Shown here: positions 1 through 8,669 of the stretch, one piece after another
How positions within the stretch are numbered: position 1 is the first letter of the stretch
Layout: each line of letters starts with the position of its first letter
The notes under the pieces: generated by a model
Told to the model about the DNA's origin: nothing
Databases searched by the model: none
What the model saw: only the letters and a program-made list of their open reading frames with translations
Origin: Candidatus Kryptoniota bacterium
GTDB lineage: Bacteria > Bacteroidota > Ignavibacteria > Kryptoniales > JAKASW01
Assembly: GCA_024641705.1 (NCBI GenBank)
Contig: JAHECO010000005.1
Span: 12,770 to 76,769, forward strand
Length of the DNA: 64,000 bases
Direction of reading: 5' to 3'
Position numbers and translations under genes: made by a program

Positions 1-684
1 GCTGGGGACGGTACGCCTTACGATGTCGAAAACCCTGATCACGTCCGGGACACGCTTGACAGCCCGGAAATTGGAGACATGCACCAATATCTTCTCCCCG
101 TGCGGCGCAAACCGCGTCCTGAACTGGCAATCCTCTTTGCGCTTGAACCTCTCGATGTCCACGAAGTTGGGTATGACCTGAATCTCTTTCTCGATGTTGT
201 ACATCGTGTACGTCTTCATCTGCAGGAAGCGCGAGACCGACGTCACGTAGTCGCTCTGCTCGATCGAGAACTTGACGAGCGGAAGGAAGCTCGGCTCCAG
301 CCCGACCAGCGTTACGTCCGTGCCGTGCAGAGTCGTGATGACCTTGATGTCCTTGGCCGGCCCGAGTATCTGCTTTGCGAGAAATGCGCTTGTCGCGTGC
401 GGGATCGCATAATGTACGTGCAGGATGTCTAGGTCATGGTACTTCGCGACATCGATCATCTTGCTCGCGAGCGAATCGGTGTATAGCGGGAAGTCGAAGA
501 GCGGATACTGCGACATCTCCACCTCGTGGTAGAACACGTCGCCGACGATGTTGTCGAGACGCGCCGGGAGCGCATAACTTATAAAGTGAATCTGGTGGCC
601 CCGCTGGGCGAGCGCCTTGCCGAGCTCCGTAGCTACGACACCGCTTCCGCCGTACGTGGGGTAGCAGGTAATTCCTATCTTCAA
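1..684 (-). CDS. bshA: N-acetyl-alpha-D-glucosaminyl L-malate synthase (bacillithiol glycosyltransferase BshA), 5' part only; the 3' end lies beyond the window start
   Basis: Not in the ORF track because it runs off the window. My reverse-strand translation from TTG at 684 (preceded by AGGAGA) reads MKIGITCYPTYGGSGVVATELGKALAQRGHQIHFISYALPARL...LDILHVHYAIPHA...TTLHGTDVT. This is the GT4 N-terminal pattern I recall for Bacillus BshA. The + strand ORF 79..432 is its antisense shadow. Confidence 0.85.
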   Translation of the reverse strand, partial: MKIGITCYPTYGGSGVVATELGKALAQRGHQIHFISYALPARLDNIVGDVFYHEVEMSQYPLFDFPLYTDSLASKMIDVAKYHDLDILHVHYAIPHATSAFLAKQILGPAKDIKVITTLHGTDVTLVGLEPSFLPLVKFSIEQSDYVTSVSRFLQMKTYTMYNIEKEIQVIPNFVDIERFKRKEDCQFRTRFAPHGEKILVHVSNFRAVKRVPDVIRVFDIVRRTVPS

Positions 685-796
685 CTTTGTTTCTCCTGTC
701 GCAAAATAGCGGTCTTCCTTAAATCATACAATGGTTTCTGTCCCTCAACGCGGCCCGGCGTCCCCGCCCGAACCGCGACTCCCGGACGGTACAGGT

Positions 797-1285
797 TCAC
801 CTTGATGCCGGCCGCCCCGATTTGGCAGTCGGGTATCCCTTTCTTATCCAGTCCTGCTCAAAGTTTGTAGGGATGTAAAGCACCTTGACATCTTTGAAGC
901 CCAGTCTTCTCATGGTATCGAAAGCCGGTCCGACGTTCGGGCACTCGGTCCACGGGCAGCAGCCGCAGTACAGAACGATCTCTCTGTTTTTCGATACGTC
1001 TTTAACCACCCGTTCAAGCCTTTCGATGCCGTCCGCTCTCGATGCCGGTCCGGCCCAAACCGAGCCGTCAATGTGCCCTCCTTCGTAAAGGAACCCAAAT
1101 CCGACCTGCAGGACGAGCGGGTGAGCCTTCGATTTTGCGGAAATGAGTTTCACCAATCTCTCCGGTCTTATTATCTCGCTGGATTTCCATCGCTCGCCTT
1201 GCGCCGATCCGTAAGGTGCGGCTGTCAACAAAATGGTCGTGGAAAACGCAAATATGGCGCAAAGGCGCCCGATTATTCTCTTCAT
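797..1285 (-). CDS. secreted rhodanese-like domain protein
   Basis: 162 aa ORF with an N-terminal signal-like segment (MKRIIGRLCAIFAFSTTILLTAAPYGSAQG). It has a rhodanese-style active-site loop (VLYCGCCPWTECPN) and a GFKDVKVL tail. Confidence 0.7.
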   Translation of the reverse strand: MKRIIGRLCAIFAFSTTILLTAAPYGSAQGERWKSSEIIRPERLVKLISAKSKAHPLVLQVGFGFLYEGGHIDGSVWAGPASRADGIERLERVVKDVSKNREIVLYCGCCPWTECPNVGPAFDTMRRLGFKDVKVLYIPTNFEQDWIRKGYPTAKSGRPASR

Positions 1286-1684
1286 TTCGGTGGAACGTTC
1301 CTTTCTGATTAATCCTGGTGAAACCTCAATGCCGAGTCGTCCGAGTTGAATCTCGTGCTGTTCTGAATAACGCTTTCCGCCGTCAATTTGTTCTAAGAAT
1401 TCTTTTTGGAAACAGAAGACTCACAGTTGGACCGCTCCGGGAGAGGGAAGCGGTCACCTAATCTGCTGTGTCGTCTCCACTCTCTGACGTTCACACCTCC
1501 TCCGGCTGAGTCAATTTGCCGCTCGAAGTCCCAAGCGTTTTGCCCCCCGTGCTTGAAGAATCACGCAATCAGGCCGTTTTGAGGCTCTTTTTGAATGAAA
1601 TACATAAAGCAATAGTTCGGCATCCAATTTGTGGAACTCTAGGATGTAGATTTCGTTGAAAGTTTATACAAGGAAAGGAACAGA

Positions 1685-2116
1685 TTGAGCAATAGAGCGA
1701 AATACCTGAGCCTGCTTGCGATGACGGCCTTTGTGGTCGGACAGGTTCAGTATAGTTACACTTCGTACTTCTGCACTATGCTCAACTCCTACGTCCCTTC
1801 TCCGTCGATGGCGCTTGCCTCTCACCACGAAGCCAGCGAAGCGACCACGTGCGACGATTGTCAGGTTGACCCGGCGCCAGCTTCCGGGCACCAGCTCGTG
1901 GAAGCGAACTGCTTTCATGTGACCACCGCCGAGAAAAGTGTCGTCGACAACTTTGTCGGATCGACGAATCCTGATATTCATTTCGTGGCGGCCGTCGTTT
2001 CATTTCTGCCGGTACCGCTTGTCGCGCGGACACTGTCGAGCAGTTGGGCTTCCGTCCCTTCCGCCGACTCTCCACCTTTAGACCTGCCTACTTTAAACTG
2101 TAATCTCCGTATTTAA
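1685..2116 (+). CDS. hypothetical small Cys/His protein (CzcI-like position and architecture)
   Basis: 143 aa ORF with a TTG start after AAGGAAAGG, lying 78 nt upstream of the outer-membrane factor gene. It has an N-terminal hydrophobic segment, a SHHEASE His cluster, a CDDC motif, a later CFH and a C-terminal hydrophobic/Pro-rich part. Two antisense ORFs overlap it, so coding status is not certain. Confidence 0.4.
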   Translation: MSNRAKYLSLLAMTAFVVGQVQYSYTSYFCTMLNSYVPSPSMALASHHEASEATTCDDCQVDPAPASGHQLVEANCFHVTTAEKSVVDNFVGSTNPDIHFVAAVVSFLPVPLVARTLSSSWASVPSADSPPLDLPTLNCNLRI

Positions 2117-2194
2117 CAAGCTTCCCCTTTAGCCGTTCATTTGCACCGGAGGTGGTTGTGCCTCTGGCCGAAACTATCAACTAAAAGGTGAAGC

Positions 2195-3502
2195 ATGTTT
2201 ATGATTTTCTCAAGGAAGATTTCGTTCTTCCTGACTATCCTCCTTACGGTGATGTCGGGGACTCTCGGCGCATCAAGTGCATGTGCCCGACAAAAGAGCG
2301 GAATTGACAGCCTCGTCGCGCTCGCCCTGAAGGGCAACCCTGAGATTAAGATGGCTCGCTATGAATCAATGGCCGCCCAATCCAGGATCGGTCCAGCGAG
2401 CCGGCTGCCGGATCCGCAGCTGAAGGTCGCCGCGATGAATATCCCGACAAGTTTCAGCCTGACGTCCGATATGATGACGATGGTCCCGCAGGTCTCTCTA
2501 ATGCAGACGCTCCCGTGGTTCGGGAAGCTCGGTGCGGCCGGTGACGTACAGCAGTACAGTTATGACGCCTCCGCCGAGAAACTGTCGGCTGTCGCACTAA
2601 GTGTCGTTGCCGACCTCAAGAAAGTTTACGGACAAATCTACAGCACCGAAAAATCGATAGCGTACCTGGAGTACAAAAAGCAGCTCCTTCAAAGCGTGGT
2701 CAAAGTTGCGGAGCAGCTCTTTGCAGTGGGACAGGTGCCGCAGCAGGACGTATTCCGCGCGACTGCCGAACTGACCATGGTCGAGTCGGACATCATCACG
2801 ACGCAGGGTATGCTCTCCGACCTGGAGGCGAACCTGGGAGCGATACTCGGACAGAACTCTCCATACACAATTCAGGTCGATTCGCTGCAGCTGCCGCTGC
2901 TCGATTCGCTTGCCTTTCTGGAGACCCGGCTGGCCGGCAGCAACCCTGAGCTGAAGGAAATTCATAATATCGAGCTGGCAGCGCAGGCAAAGAGGGTCTT
3001 CGCCGCAAAAGATGCCGTGCCTGATCTGAGTGTCGGCGTGTCGTATGGTTACCGCGGCGCACTCATGGCCAACGGCGCGAAGGCTTCCGACGTGATGAGT
3101 CTTGAAATTGGGCTTAGCCTCCCGGTGTTCTTTGGTTCGAAACAGCAGAGTATGATAGACGAAGCGGATTTCATGGACCGTGCCGCGAAGGAACAATACA
3201 GTGCGGCAGAACTCGGATTGTACAGCCGGCTTCGCTCAACCTTTGCCGAAGCTTACGCACAGGAGAAGCTGATACCGCTCTATTCGAGGGAATTGATCCC
3301 GCAATACGAGGCGACCTACAACGCCTCGCTTTCCTCGTATTCGGTCGGCAGAACTACGTTTGCGATGTTGATAGACAATCTCACGATGCTGATCAATACA
3401 AAAATTGAGCTCGTGAAAATAGAATCGAAATATTTCTCGACCGCCGCTGAAATCTCTAAGCTGGTCGGGGAAAATTCGGAAAACCATAAAGGTGTGAGAT
3501 GA
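2195..3502 (+). CDS. TolC/OEP-family outer-membrane efflux factor (CusC/CzcC-like)
   Basis: 435 aa with a signal peptide and a two-repeat coiled alpha-helical OEP pattern. Its stop overlaps the start of the adaptor gene (ATGA), and it is the first gene of an OMF-MFP-RND triad. Confidence 0.85.
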   Translation: MFMIFSRKISFFLTILLTVMSGTLGASSACARQKSGIDSLVALALKGNPEIKMARYESMAAQSRIGPASRLPDPQLKVAAMNIPTSFSLTSDMMTMVPQVSLMQTLPWFGKLGAAGDVQQYSYDASAEKLSAVALSVVADLKKVYGQIYSTEKSIAYLEYKKQLLQSVVKVAEQLFAVGQVPQQDVFRATAELTMVESDIITTQGMLSDLEANLGAILGQNSPYTIQVDSLQLPLLDSLAFLETRLAGSNPELKEIHNIELAAQAKRVFAAKDAVPDLSVGVSYGYRGALMANGAKASDVMSLEIGLSLPVFFGSKQQSMIDEADFMDRAAKEQYSAAELGLYSRLRSTFAEAYAQEKLIPLYSRELIPQYEATYNASLSSYSVGRTTFAMLIDNLTMLINTKIELVKIESKYFSTAAEISKLVGENSENHKGVR

Positions 3503-5022
3503 GTGGAAAAATGGAATTTTGGAATCGTGGAATAATGGTGGGCCTCAGGAACGTGTGGAGGGGTATACCACTCTTTGCTGCGGCTGCCCTGGCGGCGTTA
3601 GTCATCTCCGGCTGTGGATCGGCCGGTAAGAACGGCGATGCAAAGTCCGATTCGACGGCTGTCTCGGCCGGGAAGGCGGAGCGAAGAGTCCTTTTCTGGT
3701 ATGACCCGATGAACCCGACGGTTCACTTCGATCACCCGGGCAAGTCTCCCTTCATGGACATGGATCTGCAGCCCATGTATGCGGACCAGAATTCCGAGAA
3801 TCCAAACGTGGTATCGGTCGACCCGGCTATGGTGCAGAATATAGGAGTCGTCACGGCACCCGTCGAGCGAAGGAGGCTCACGAGGACCATCAATACATAC
3901 GGCGTCGTCATGCCGGACGAGAAAAGCATAATCGACATAAACACGCGGGTCGGAGGATGGATAGATCGGCTCTACTTCGACTATACGGGTATGGATGTCA
4001 AGAAGGGGGACCCGATGGCAGTCATCTATAGTCCCGAGCTGATCGCCGCGGAGCAGGAGTTTCTGCAGTCCGTCAGTTTTGCGAAGGTCAGCGGCAATTC
4101 GGTCACTCAGCCGGGCACGCTCATTCAAAGTGCCCGCGAACGTCTGAAATTCTTCGGGATGGGCGACAGGGAAATAGATGCCCTTCAGGCGACCGGCAAG
4201 GTAATCGATAGGGTTGTGATTCATTCGCCGGGAGACGGGGTGATCCTCGACAAAAGCGTCTTTGAAGGACAGAAGATATCCGCGGGGCAGACACTTTTCA
4301 GGGTCGCTGACCTTCGGCGTATCTGGGTGCTTGCCGATGTGTTCAAGATCGACATGCCATTCCTTAGGCTCGGATCGCATGCAATCGTGACCTACAGCAA
4401 TTCCGAGTCTTATGAGGGCATTGCAGACTTCATTTATCCCGAAGTCGACGCGGCCGCAAGAAGCGTCAAAGTCAGGATCCCCCTGAACAATCCCGCGATG
4501 GCGATGAAGGTCGGGCAATACGTGAACGTAGCCATTCACTCTCCCGTCAGCTATGATGCCATTGCCGTTCCATCCCAGGCAGTCATCAACACCGGCCTAC
4601 GACAGGTGGTTGCAGTCGCACTCGGCGAAGGGAAGTTCGAGATACGCGAAGTGAAGCTCGGTGCCTACGCGGATGGCTATTACGAAGTCATCGGTGGCCT
4701 CGAAGAAGGCGAGACGGTTGTAACATCGGGGCAATTCCTGATAGACTCCGATGCGAATCTCAGATCGGCGGGAACCGCCATGGCGGGCATGGGAATGCCT
4801 CCAGCCTCGTCATCACAATCTCAGGGACAAATCGAGAGCGAAGGGATGGGGGATATGCCGGGGATGGATATGGGCAATGAAAAGGAGACGCAGGCTAAGA
4901 GTACGAAGTCGGACAAAATGGACACGGACATGCCGGGAATTAAGATGGAACATGTGAAACATGACACAGCAAGCCGGCATCCGGCCTCCGGCCTCCCGTC
5001 TCCCGCTAAGAAGGAGAACTGA
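3499..5022 (+). CDS. cusB: efflux RND periplasmic adaptor (CusB-like) lipoprotein with N-terminal heavy-metal-binding segment and Met-rich C-terminal tail
   Basis: 507 aa with lipobox VISGC. The segment LFWYDPMNPTVHFDHPGKSPFMDMDLQPMY is typical of CusB-type adaptors, and the barrel-sandwich/beta-barrel core is present. The tail reads MAGMGMPP...EGMGDMPGMDMG...DTDMPGIKMEHVKHD. Confidence 0.9.
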   Translation: MSGKMEFWNRGIMVGLRNVWRGIPLFAAAALAALVISGCGSAGKNGDAKSDSTAVSAGKAERRVLFWYDPMNPTVHFDHPGKSPFMDMDLQPMYADQNSENPNVVSVDPAMVQNIGVVTAPVERRRLTRTINTYGVVMPDEKSIIDINTRVGGWIDRLYFDYTGMDVKKGDPMAVIYSPELIAAEQEFLQSVSFAKVSGNSVTQPGTLIQSARERLKFFGMGDREIDALQATGKVIDRVVIHSPGDGVILDKSVFEGQKISAGQTLFRVADLRRIWVLADVFKIDMPFLRLGSHAIVTYSNSESYEGIADFIYPEVDAAARSVKVRIPLNNPAMAMKVGQYVNVAIHSPVSYDAIAVPSQAVINTGLRQVVAVALGEGKFEIREVKLGAYADGYYEVIGGLEEGETVVTSGQFLIDSDANLRSAGTAMAGMGMPPASSSQSQGQIESEGMGDMPGMDMGNEKETQAKSTKSDKMDTDMPGIKMEHVKHDTASRHPASGLPSPAKKEN

Positions 5023-5023
5023 C

Positions 5024-8000
5024 ATGCTTGCGAAAATAATAGAATGGTCGATAAACAATAGATTCATAGTTGTCGTGCTCCTGCTCTTTGCGCTGGCAGC
5101 GGGTTTCTACGCGCTGACGACGAGTCCGGTGGACGCGATTCCCGATTTGAGCGACGTGCAGGTCATTGTGTACACTGAATATCCCGGCCAGTCCCCGACG
5201 GTCGTCGAGGACCAGGTCACGTATCCTCTTACATCATCGATGATTTCTCTTCCGGATGCAAAAGTGGTCCGCGGATATTCGTACTTCGGGTTCTCTCTGG
5301 TCTACATAATCTTCAAGGATGGTACAGACCTGTACTGGGCACGCAGCCGTGTGCTGGAGTATCTGAACTACGCCGCGAACCGGCTGCCGGCCGGCGTTAC
5401 CCCGACGCTCGGTCCAGACGCGACGCCGGTCGGATGGGTTTACCAGTATGCACTCAAGTCCAACAAGAGAAGCCTGGGGGACCTCAGGTCCATACAGGAC
5501 TATTACCTGAAGTACGGTTTGTCAACGGTACCTGGAGTGTCGGAGGTCGCTAGCGTGGGTGGTTATGTGAAAGAATGGAGAGCTACACTCGACCCGAGGA
5601 AACTGCTCGCCTACCACATATCGCCGATGCAGGTCATGAACGCGATAAAGGCAAACAATAATGATGTCGGCGGGGAAGTCATAGACCATGCAGGGTATGA
5701 GCTGATGATTCGCGGTCTCGGATACATCAAGACCATCGACGACATGAAGAATATTCCGCTCGGAGTTTCGCGGGGCGGGAAGTTCTATCCGCTGTCAGGA
5801 AGCGGCAATCAGCGGTCAGCGGTCAGCGATCAGCCGCAATCTATGAGTGGAGGCATGTCCGGAGGGACAGCGGTCTCCGGTCTCCCGTCTCCCGCCTCTG
5901 GTTTCTCGAGCGGTACACCGATCATGCTTGGCGACGTGGCCGACGTGAACATTGTTGCGGCCGCCCGCCGTGGAGTGGCGGATCTGAACGGTGAAGGAGA
6001 CGTCGTCGGCGGAATTGTGGAAATGAGATACGGCCAGAACGCACTTCAGGTCATAGAAGGAGTGAAGAAGAAACTTGCGGAACTCAAGCAGGGATTGCCT
6101 CCCGATGTTCAAATTGTCCCGGTTTACGACCGCTCCGAGCTAATCAACAGGGCAATCAACACTCTCCAGGACAAACTCATAGAAGAGTCGATCATAGTTG
6201 CTTTGGTTTGCCTCCTCTTCCTCTTTCACTTCAGAAGCGGTTTTGTCGCGATATTCACTCTGCCTACCGCTATTCTCATGGCCTTCATAGTCATGAGGTG
6301 GCAGGGGCTCAACGCAAACATCATGTCGCTCGGAGGGATCGCCGTTGCCATCGGGGCCATGGTGGACTCCGCCATCATCATGATCGAAAATGCCCATAAA
6401 CACATCGAAGCTGATGGCGGCAGGACCGACAGGTGGAAGCTCATAACGGAATCATCGAAGGAAGTCGGCCCGTCGCTGTTCTACTCGCTCCTCGTCATAA
6501 CGGTATCATTCATTCCTGTATTTGCGCTGACCGGCCAGTCGGGGCGGCTGTTCAAGCCGCTCGCCTTCACGAAGACTTACTCGATGGCGGCAGCGGCTAT
6601 ACTCGGAATAACCGCCGTCCCGATTTTAATGGGCTACTTTATCAGAGGCAAAATCCCTCCGGAGGAAAAGAACCCGATCAACAAGGTTCTCATAAAGCTC
6701 TATTCGCCCATACTCGATTTCGTACTGAAGTTTCGCTGGTACGTACTCGGGGCGGTGGTACTCGTAATGGGAATCACGATCTATCCCTACATGAAACTCG
6801 GATCCGAGTTCATGCCGCCGCTGTGGGAAGGCAGTTTCCTCTATATGCCCTCTACTTTCCCCGGCATTTCCGTGACGCAGGCTAAACAGACTCTCGAGAT
6901 GACGGACAAGATTATTAAGACGTTCCCTGAAGTGGAAACCGTGTTCGGCAAGGCCGGCAGGGCAAACACCGCGCTCGACCCTGCAGGCTTCGACATGTTC
7001 GAGACTACGATAACGCTCAAGCCTGAATCGCGGTGGCCGAAAGGAATGACCCCTGATAAGCTCAAGACCGCTTTGAACGATGCGCTGCAGGTTCCCGGAC
7101 TCTCCAATGTCTGGACGATGCCGATAAAGAACCGCGTCGATATGACGAGCACGGGAATCAAGAGCCAAATAGGGATAAAGATTTCCGGTGCCGACCTCGA
7201 TACACTGCAGTCGATAGGAGAACGCATCGAATCTCTGCTCAAGAAACTGCCGGAGACATCGAGCGCGTTTGCAGAGCGTGTAGGATTCGGGAACTATATC
7301 GACTTCAATATCGACAGGACTGAAGCTGCGCGATATGGGCTGTCGGTCCAGGATATAGAAGATGTGATCAAGAGCTCCATCGGCGGCATGCCGGTGGGCC
7401 AGATAGTGTCGGGCATTGAGCGCTATCCGATCACAATACGCTATGCTCTGGAGATGAGGGACAATCCCGAGGAATTGAAGCGGGTACTTGTCCCGACACC
7501 GACAGGTGCACAGATCCCGATCGGTGACGTGACTCAGATGGTCATTCACCATGGGCCGATGTTCGTGAGGACTGAAGGCGCCGTTCCCACGATTTATGTG
7601 TTTGTTGACGCGAAGACCAACGACGTCGGCGGCTACGTGAACAGGGCTAAACAATATCTTGCCGCCAATCTGAAGGTTCCTACAGGCTATTTCATCACCT
7701 GGAGCGGACAGTTCGAGTTCATGAAAGAGGCGGACAAAACTCTGTCTTACATAATTCCGGCGACGATCCTTCTCGTCCTTCTCATCATTTACCTGAACAC
7801 GAGATCCCCCATGAAAACTGCGATCGTCATGCTCGCCCTTCCTTTCTCGCTCGTCGGCGCGATATGGCTTCTCTACCTGCTGCATTACAATATCAGCGTG
7901 GCGGTGTGGGTCGGCATGATCGCCCTGGCGGGGCTCAGCGCAGAAACCGGCGTTGTTATGCTCCTGTACCTGGACATCGCGTTCGACAAAATGAAAACCG

Positions 8001-8305
8001 AGGGGCGCATGCTGACATTCGCACATCTCAAGGAAGCGATCCATGAGGGAGCGGTGAGAAGGGTGCGTCCGAAGATGATGACGGCGTTCGCGATACTCGC
8101 CGGCCTGATCCCGATTATGTGGAGTACGGGTTCGGGTGCCGACGTGATGAAGAGAATAGTCGCTCCCATGGTCGGGGGCGTGATCACCAGTGTGCTCATG
8201 GAGTTTACGATCTACCCGATAGTGTACTACCTGTGGCGCGGAAGGCAGCTGAAGAAAGCCTCCGCACAAGGAGCAATAAGTGGAGAAAGTGAGGCAGCAC
8301 AATGA
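5024..8305 (+). CDS. cusA: CusA-type heavy-metal efflux RND transporter
   Basis: The track ORF 4961..8305 overlaps cusB, so I place the start at ATG 5024 (MLAKIIEWSINNRF), 1 nt after the cusB stop. The TM4 motif GIAVAIGAMVDSAIIMIENAHKH is the A-x5-D-x6-E class I associate with Cu/Ag pumps, not the DFG..D..E motif of CzcA. It carries an unusual Ser/Gly/Met-rich insertion of about 45 aa at about 5774-5920. Confidence 0.93.
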   Translation: MLAKIIEWSINNRFIVVVLLLFALAAGFYALTTSPVDAIPDLSDVQVIVYTEYPGQSPTVVEDQVTYPLTSSMISLPDAKVVRGYSYFGFSLVYIIFKDGTDLYWARSRVLEYLNYAANRLPAGVTPTLGPDATPVGWVYQYALKSNKRSLGDLRSIQDYYLKYGLSTVPGVSEVASVGGYVKEWRATLDPRKLLAYHISPMQVMNAIKANNNDVGGEVIDHAGYELMIRGLGYIKTIDDMKNIPLGVSRGGKFYPLSGSGNQRSAVSDQPQSMSGGMSGGTAVSGLPSPASGFSSGTPIMLGDVADVNIVAAARRGVADLNGEGDVVGGIVEMRYGQNALQVIEGVKKKLAELKQGLPPDVQIVPVYDRSELINRAINTLQDKLIEESIIVALVCLLFLFHFRSGFVAIFTLPTAILMAFIVMRWQGLNANIMSLGGIAVAIGAMVDSAIIMIENAHKHIEADGGRTDRWKLITESSKEVGPSLFYSLLVITVSFIPVFALTGQSGRLFKPLAFTKTYSMAAAAILGITAVPILMGYFIRGKIPPEEKNPINKVLIKLYSPILDFVLKFRWYVLGAVVLVMGITIYPYMKLGSEFMPPLWEGSFLYMPSTFPGISVTQAKQTLEMTDKIIKTFPEVETVFGKAGRANTALDPAGFDMFETTITLKPESRWPKGMTPDKLKTALNDALQVPGLSNVWTMPIKNRVDMTSTGIKSQIGIKISGADLDTLQSIGERIESLLKKLPETSSAFAERVGFGNYIDFNIDRTEAARYGLSVQDIEDVIKSSIGGMPVGQIVSGIERYPITIRYALEMRDNPEELKRVLVPTPTGAQIPIGDVTQMVIHHGPMFVRTEGAVPTIYVFVDAKTNDVGGYVNRAKQYLAANLKVPTGYFITWSGQFEFMKEADKTLSYIIPATILLVLLIIYLNTRSPMKTAIVMLALPFSLVGAIWLLYLLHYNISVAVWVGMIALAGLSAETGVVMLLYLDIAFDKMKTEGRMLTFAHLKEAIHEGAVRRVRPKMMTAFAILAGLIPIMWSTGSGADVMKRIVAPMVGGVITSVLMEFTIYPIVYYLWRGRQLKKASAQGAISGESEAAQ
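5810..5837 (+). repeat. imperfect heptanucleotide tandem repeat (CAGCGGT CAGCGGT CAGCGAT CAGCCGC) inside cusA
   Basis: Read directly from the sequence: four consecutive 7-nt units encoding ..QRSAVSDQP.. within the low-complexity insertion. Confidence 0.85.
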
Positions 8306-8643
8306 AAGAAATTAAGGCGTACATCAGGCCCGAGAGGGCGGATATAGTCCTATCTCACCTCGAAGCGATCGGGATCACGGGAATGACGGTCATTGATGTG
8401 TCAATGATAGGAAGCTGGGCAGACAAAAAGGATCTGAACATTTCATTGGAATACTGTGAGAGGTACAGTAAGGCTGTCAAAATAGAACTCATTTGTCCTG
8501 ACGATCTGAGTGAAATGGTTATCGGGACAATTCTGGACCATGCCCACAGCGGTCAGCCGGGCGATGGTAAAATCTTTGTTGCGAATGTTGAAGACGCTGT
8601 CAGCATTCGCACAAAAAAGCGCGGCGTCGAGTCGCTTCAATAA
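8302..8643 (+). CDS. PII-superfamily (GlnB-like) protein linked to the metal efflux pump
   Basis: 113 aa with its start overlapping the cusA stop (ATGA). The pattern MKEIKAYIRPERADIVLSHLEAIGITGMTVIDV...GQPGDGKIFVANVEDAVSIRT is the PII beta-alpha-beta fold signature, but the T-loop segment is non-canonical. Confidence 0.8.
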   Translation: MKEIKAYIRPERADIVLSHLEAIGITGMTVIDVSMIGSWADKKDLNISLEYCERYSKAVKIELICPDDLSEMVIGTILDHAHSGQPGDGKIFVANVEDAVSIRTKKRGVESLQ

Positions 8644-8669
8644 AAAGAAGTAAACAAAGGAGATACACA

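Noticed and set aside
1628-1654. Bacteroidetes-style promoter elements (TTTG ... TAGATTTC) upstream of the CzcI-like ORF
   Set aside because: The spacing between the two elements is about 15 nt rather than the 19-21 nt expected for that promoter class. The organism also uses strong SD sequences, so the model may not apply.
4961-5023. N-terminal extension of cusA in the ORF track (MTQQAGIRPPASRLPLRRRTD...)
   Set aside because: It overlaps the cusB 3' end in another frame. The conserved RND N-terminus begins at MLAKIIEWSI (ATG 5024), 1 nt after the cusB stop. The track starts of the cupredoxin gene (11877), atpC (37759), waaA (42000), pncB (46303) and hemW (49490) were shortened for the same reason.
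6626-8302. A 558-aa ORF on the minus strand across cusA
   Set aside because: It lies entirely antisense to a strongly supported RND transporter gene. The product is Arg/His/Asp-rich low-information sequence typical of a shadow frame in GC-biased coding DNA, with no start context or motif.
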